64,000 nucleotides of DNA from Pseudomonadota bacterium (GTDB lineage: Bacteria; Pseudomonadota; Alphaproteobacteria; Acetobacterales; Acetobacteraceae): positions 7,788-71,787 of the forward strand of contig JAFEFW010000636.1 in NCBI GenBank assembly GCA_018240405.1, in the 5' to 3' direction. Below the pieces are notes generated by a model. It did no database searches. It was not told the DNA's origin and saw only the letters and a program-made list of their open reading frames with translations. Position 1 is the first letter of the stretch; each line of letters begins with the position of its first letter. Positions 59,449-64,000 of this stretch are shown here, in pieces. The translations under genes and the position numbers were made by a program.

Positions 59449-60631
59449 CGACCGCGACGCCGTCATCACCGGAATCGGCATCGCCTCCTGCCTTGGCACC
59501 GGCGTCGAGGCACACTGGGCGGCGCTGACCGATCCTGCCGGCTTCAAGCCGGTGGTCGACAGCGACAGTTTTGCGCCGGCGATGGTGCATCCCATTGCCG
59601 CACTCGACCTGGACAAGCAGATCCCCAAGCGCGGCGACCAGCGGCAGATGGAAGCGTGGCAGCGCATCGGCGTGTTCGCTGCCGGCCTGGCGCTGGATTC
59701 CGCCGGGATCAAGGGCAACGCCGACCTGCTGGGCAAGATGGGCATGATCGTCGCCGCCGGTGGTGGCGAACGCGACTACGCGGTGGACGAGGCGATCCTC
59801 TCCGGTCTGCCGAAGGCGGCGGACCAGGGCGCCTACCTGAACGAGCATCTACTGAGTGATGTCCGTCCCACCCTGTTCCTGGCCCAGTTGTCCAATCTGC
59901 TGGCCGGTAACATTTCCATCGTGCATGGCGTCGTCGGCTGGTCCCGTACCTTCATGGGCGAGGAAGCCTGCGGCGCCGACGCCGTCCGCATCGCCTGTGC
60001 CCGCATCGCGGCCGGCCAGGGCGACCTGACGCTGGTGGGCGGCTCTTACAACGCCCAGCGTCCGGACGTTGTGCTGCATTATGAGATGGGCGGTGCGTCC
60101 GCTGCTCCACCTTTTGCCGGCATTTGGGCCCGCCAGGCACAGGGCGGCGGACTCGTGCTTGGCTCCCTCGGCTGCTTCCTGGTGATCGAAAGCAGGGCGC
60201 ATGCGCAGGCGCGGGGCGCAACGATCCTGGCCAAGATTGCATCGGTCCGGACCGATCGATGCCGCCGGGAGCCGGGACAGGCGACGCACAACGCCTTTAC
60301 CCAGTTTCACGCAATGGCACAGCACCTCGACCAGGATACCTGCGCGGTCATCTCGGGCGCGAGTGGCCTGGCGGCGCCGACCCAGGAGGAAGCCGTCTGG
60401 CTCGAGGAACTCGGGCTGCCAGTCAGAGCGGTTGCCACCGCGCTCGGCCACTGCCTGGAACCAACGTTCCCGGCGAGCCTGGCGCTGGCCGCCCTGGCAG
60501 TGCGGCATGGCAAATTGTTCAATCCGCTGGATCCAGCCGAGACGGTCATGGACCGGCCGTTGCGGCAGGCGCTGGTCACCGGCTGGGGCCATTGGCGCGG
60601 CGAAGCACTGGCGCTGGTCACGGCGCCCTGA
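59438..60631 (+). CDS. fabF2XL: Beta-ketoacyl-ACP synthase-like subunit FabF2XL (no canonical catalytic Cys)
   Basis: VITGIG, IPKRGDQRQME, RPTLFLAQLSNLLAGNISIVH, TFMGEE. Confidence 0.85.
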   Translation: MPNNDRDAVITGIGIASCLGTGVEAHWAALTDPAGFKPVVDSDSFAPAMVHPIAALDLDKQIPKRGDQRQMEAWQRIGVFAAGLALDSAGIKGNADLLGKMGMIVAAGGGERDYAVDEAILSGLPKAADQGAYLNEHLLSDVRPTLFLAQLSNLLAGNISIVHGVVGWSRTFMGEEACGADAVRIACARIAAGQGDLTLVGGSYNAQRPDVVLHYEMGGASAAPPFAGIWARQAQGGGLVLGSLGCFLVIESRAHAQARGATILAKIASVRTDRCRREPGQATHNAFTQFHAMAQHLDQDTCAVISGASGLAAPTQEEAVWLEELGLPVRAVATALGHCLEPTFPASLALAALAVRHGKLFNPLDPAETVMDRPLRQALVTGWGHWRGEALALVTAP

Positions 60632-60733
60632 TGGCAGGCGGCTGCCGTGTGCCTTTGCTAGCCGGGGGCGGGAGTTTGATTTCTTCGACGCGCCACCCGG
60701 CGGAACCGGGTGGCCCGAGAGAGGTATAAGCGC

Positions 60734-62011
60734 ATGCGTTCGGACACGGACCATCTCGGCCGCCCGGTCGTTGTCATCACCGGCATGGGCGTCATCACGT
60801 CGCTGGGCCAAGGCCAGGCGGAGAACTGGGCCGCGCTGACCGGCGGCCGCTCCGGCATCCGGCAGATCACGCGCTTTCCCACCACCAACATGCGGACCAC
60901 GATTGCCGGCACTGTGGACTTCATTCCAGTGCCGGACATGTCGGCACCAGCCCTGTCGGAGCGGTTGGCCGAACTGGTGATCGCGGAAGCCATCGCCGAA
61001 TCCGGCCTGGGCAGTGGTGGCGATTTCCCTGGCCCGCTGTTCCTCGCGCTACCGCCGGTGGAGCTGGAGTGGCCGCAACGCCAGGCGCTGGCGCTGGCCT
61101 CAGGCGCAAACGAGTCAGTGCACTACGACGACCTCCGCAAGGCCGCACGCGCTGGCGGGTTTGAAGCGAATTATCGCCGCTTCCTGTTCGGGTCGGTCGG
61201 TGAGAGCCTGGCCGACCGCTTCGGCACCAAGGGTTCGCCGATTGCCACCTCCACCGCCTGTGCCTCCGGCGGCACGGCGATCCAACTGGGGGTGGAAGCC
61301 ATCCGCCGTGGCGAGGCCGAGGCGGCGCTGGTGGTTGGCACCGACGCTTCGGTGAACGCCGAAAGCATCATCCGCTTTTCGCTGCTGTCCGCGCTATCCA
61401 CCCGCAACGATCCGCCCTCCGGCGCGTCACGGCCGTTCAGCAAGGACCGCGAGGGCTTTGTCATGGCCGAAGGCGCTGGCGCGCTGGTGCTGGAGACGCT
61501 GGCGCATGCCCGCGCCCGTGGCGCCACCGTGCTGGGTGTGGTGGAGGGCTGCGGCGAGGCGGCGGACGGGTTTCATCGCACGCGGTCCTCGCCGGACGGC
61601 AAGCCGATCATCGCCTGCATGAAGCATGCACTGGAGGATGCCGGGCTGGCGCCCGACGCGATCGGCTATATCAACGCGCACGGTACCGGCACGCCGGAAA
61701 ACGATAAGATGGAGTGGGTCGGCGTCACTGCGGTCTTTGGCGAACGGGCGGCATCAATCCCGATCTCGTCGAACAAGTCGATGATCGGCCACACGCTGAC
61801 AGCGGCGGGCGCGGTGGAGGCAATCTTCACGGTGCTGGCGCTGAAGCACGGCCTGTTGCCGCCGACAATCAACTATGAGACGCCGGACCCGGCCCTGCCG
61901 GTCGATTGCGTGCCGAACAAGGCGCGCGCGGCGAAGGTCGGGCATGCGATCTCCAATTCGTTCGGCTTTGGCGGACAGAATGTGTGCCTGGTGATCGGAG
62001 GGGAAGCGTAG
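60734..62011 (+). CDS. fabF1XL: Beta-ketoacyl-ACP synthase FabF1XL
   Basis: Start MRSDTDHLGRPVV after GAGAGG; TACASG, HGTGTPEND, KSMIGHTL, SNSFGFGGQN. Confidence 0.88.
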   Translation: MRSDTDHLGRPVVVITGMGVITSLGQGQAENWAALTGGRSGIRQITRFPTTNMRTTIAGTVDFIPVPDMSAPALSERLAELVIAEAIAESGLGSGGDFPGPLFLALPPVELEWPQRQALALASGANESVHYDDLRKAARAGGFEANYRRFLFGSVGESLADRFGTKGSPIATSTACASGGTAIQLGVEAIRRGEAEAALVVGTDASVNAESIIRFSLLSALSTRNDPPSGASRPFSKDREGFVMAEGAGALVLETLAHARARGATVLGVVEGCGEAADGFHRTRSSPDGKPIIACMKHALEDAGLAPDAIGYINAHGTGTPENDKMEWVGVTAVFGERAASIPISSNKSMIGHTLTAAGAVEAIFTVLALKHGLLPPTINYETPDPALPVDCVPNKARAAKVGHAISNSFGFGGQNVCLVIGGEA

Positions 62012-62036
62012 CAAGGCGTCGGAGCCCCTGGGGCCG

Positions 62037-62872
62037 TCAGCCGGCGGCGCCGCGCTCACCCAACCCGTCGTCGGCGGCGGCGTGGACCATGGCACTGCCG
62101 ATGTCCGGTGAGGATGGACAGTGACCACCGCGACGTCCCTGATGTTCGACCACATCCGACAGGTCCGACGGGTCAGGCTGAACCGGGCGCCCGTCGCGCA
62201 GGAACAGAAGTCCAGCCTTCTCCGGCGGCATGGCGGCAACAAAGGCTTCAGCCTCGAACAGTGCCTGTTTCAGCGCCCGTGACACCTGGCCTGCATCAAC
62301 AGGGTCAACCAGCTGCAGACTGTCATAGTCGTCCTGCCGATATCGGGCGTTTCGCCGGACTTCGGCTATGACACTGTCGGGGGAGTAGCCAGGATCCTTG
62401 GCCACGGCCGCCCAAACCACTGCGCCCAGCGGCAGGAAGCGACGGTGAATGTAGAGCAGGTCGAGGATATCACGGGGTTCGCGGCGCCCGGCGGCTGCAA
62501 GCAGTTTGTTGGTCGCGAGATCGGCCAGATGGAGCCGATAGCCGAACAAGGGATCTTCTACGGCCGGAAAGAAGCGGTAGTCACTGTCACGGACCCACTC
62601 CAACCGCGTCGATTGCTCTCCCAGAGAGACGACGGCCGCATGAATCCCAGGCTCGCGCCGAATCCACTGGACGGAAAATCCCTGTTGCTCGAGCACGGCC
62701 GCGTCGGCCGCGGCCGAGTGCGCGACCGCGGCTTCCCGGTCATGGAAGATATCGACATCTGCTGAATAGCGAGGTCCATCCCTGTTCAAGACCGCCGCGC
62801 CGCCGACAAAGCTTTCTTGATCACGACAGGACGCAAGGGCCCAAAGGCACGCTGCAGATCAGACAGCGGCAC
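62037..62872 (-). pseudogene. AbiEii/AbiGii-like nucleotidyltransferase toxin, frameshifted near its 5' end
   Basis: GTG at 62872 (overlapping the antitoxin end) reads MPLSDLQRA and stops at 62786; the other frame carries LASCRDQESFVGGAAVLNRDGPRYSADVDIF...ATNKLLAAAGRREPRDILD. Confidence 0.7.
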
Positions 62873-63110
62873 GGCAAGCTGCCTCCAATTCCGCCGCCAA
62901 GCGCCATGCTGCCATATCGCCTTCACGCCGCAATGCCTCGGCTACGACAAGGACGTCTGCGATCGATGGATGAGTGAGGGGACGGCGGCTCCAAAGCGCC
63001 TGCGTCCCATACCGGTGGAAGGCGCTGGCGTATAGGCGAGCCACCTCTTCGGGGGCAGCGACGGCCGACCCTGCCTGCTTCAGCGCCTGAAATGTCCCAT
63101 TGCTGCTCAT
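62859..63110 (-). CDS. Putative cognate antitoxin, 83 aa
   Basis: MSSNG...RLYASAFHRYGTQALWS...LRREGDMAAWRLAAELEAACRAAV; overlaps the toxin start by 14 nt. Confidence 0.65.
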   Translation of the reverse strand: MSSNGTFQALKQAGSAVAAPEEVARLYASAFHRYGTQALWSRRPLTHPSIADVLVVAEALRREGDMAAWRLAAELEAACRAAV

Positions 63111-63159
63111 CGCACTGCACCGTACCACAGCCGACGGAGCGTCACCACAACGGCTTCCG

Positions 63160-63573
63160 CTAGCCTCCGATCCGCAACGCTACCCGATATCGTTCCGCGA
63201 CCCCGCCTTCCCCCTCCCAGGATCGCCAACGCTTCAGCACCACCTCGGTCGTCCCTGGCGCCGATGCGGTGATGACAAAGCTGCGCCGGCCGCCGGAGCC
63301 GATGGCGCCGCTGGTGGCAGACCGGGCGGGACCCTCCTGGACGGACACCAGGCCCGGATCGGCGCGATCAATGGCCCAGCGATAGCCGGTCGTGGCATTT
63401 TCCGGCAGGTCGACCGTCACGCTCTGGCCAGTGTGCAAGTCTACGGTCCGGCCCTGATCCGCCTCGGTCAGTATCACGGTCTCCGCCATCACAGGTCCCT
63501 TTCCGGCAACAGGCATCGCAGCGGCGAGCAGCGCCACCGCTACGACAACCCGCCAGGACCGGCGACGGTTCAT
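63160..63573 (-). CDS. Chagasin-family (I42) cysteine protease inhibitor
   Basis: LPENATTGYRW, GSGG, RSWE motifs. An alternative ATG at 63489 has a better RBS (AAGGG) and gives a 109-aa form without a signal peptide. Confidence 0.9.
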   Translation of the reverse strand: MNRRRSWRVVVAVALLAAAMPVAGKGPVMAETVILTEADQGRTVDLHTGQSVTVDLPENATTGYRWAIDRADPGLVSVQEGPARSATSGAIGSGGRRSFVITASAPGTTEVVLKRWRSWEGEGGVAERYRVALRIGG

Positions 63574-63603
63574 TGCTATTGCCGGTCCAGCGACACAACG
63601 CGA

Positions 63604-64000
63604 TCAGACGGTAATGCCATAGCTCTCATTGTCGAACGCGCCCTTGATATAGGCCTCGCTGGCATAGGCGAAGCCCTTATCACCCCAGGCCTTGCCCCAA
63701 CTGTTGCGGATGATGAAACGCCCGTCCGACGTATAGCCGCAGACGCAGATCGCGTGCCCGCCGCGCACCGTGCCGGGTTTAAACGTGTCCAGCTTGCCGT
63801 GCGTCGCGGTGGCGCTGTCCCACGTTTCATCGACCTGCAGCGCAGCGAGGATCGGGCCGTGCGACGCCAGCCAGCTGCGCCACTTCCTCACGTCCTTGCG
63901 CAGGTTGAAATAGGCCGAGATGCGCCGTTGCGCGGCCGTGGCAAAGAACGCGTCCTCATCGCCGGCATACATCGTCGTTTCGATGTGGAACGGCAGCAAA
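63604..64000 (-). CDS. Papain-like C1 cysteine peptidase, 3' part only
   Basis: GGHAICVCGY (catalytic His), IIRNSWG..WGDKGFAY (catalytic Asn); the 5' end lies outside the window. Confidence 0.9.
   Translation of the reverse strand, partial: LLPFHIETTMYAGDEDAFFATAAQRRISAYFNLRKDVRKWRSWLASHGPILAALQVDETWDSATATHGKLDTFKPGTVRGGHAICVCGYTSDGRFIIRNSWGKAWGDKGFAYASEAYIKGAFDNESYGITV

Noticed and set aside
62838-62855. Programmed ribosomal frameshift rescuing the AbiEii-like toxin (also considered for the PIN and antiporter lesions)
   Set aside because: No X-XXY-YYZ slippery heptamer or stimulatory structure at the junction; the PIN gene also has an in-frame stop.

Overview
High-GC alphaproteobacterial chromosome segment; protein style suggests Acetobacteraceae, which is an inference. 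A conserved minus-strand core runs tRNA-Leu, tig, clpP, clpX, lon, hupB, tRNA-Val, tRNA-Asp, nuoA-N (16.6-40.5 kb). The left flank (1-16.5 kb) holds a decayed PIN toxin-antitoxin pair, an orphan peptide-binding protein, a USP, a serine hydrolase, a lipoprotein lytic transglycosylase with four C-x11-C repeats, and a cluster of surface-glycan and TPR genes (methyltransferase-GT9, methyltransferase-TPR, WcbI-TPR, and a paralogous 'FESxGxNCE' protein). The right flank (41-64 kb) holds IclR, two tandem aminotransferases plus a double GNAT that appears to start at CTG, a serralysin/RTX/Hint-domain protein, accD, a tandem-repeat protein, several catabolic genes, an acpXL-fabZXL-fabF2XL-fabF1XL cluster without adjacent adhA2XL/lpxXL, a frameshifted AbiEii-like toxin-antitoxin pair, and a papain-like protease next to a chagasin inhibitor. 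Three types of palindromic repeat and three pseudogenes were found by reading the DNA. No rRNA, CRISPR, transposase or integrase was seen. Best candidate for an undescribed system: the Hint-domain metalloprotease. Its post-Hint domain looks like a circular permutation of the C-terminal domain of a glycan-cluster protein in this window, which suggests Hedgehog-like autoprocessing tied to surface glycans (hypothesis only). All family calls come from motif recognition by eye; no searches were run.
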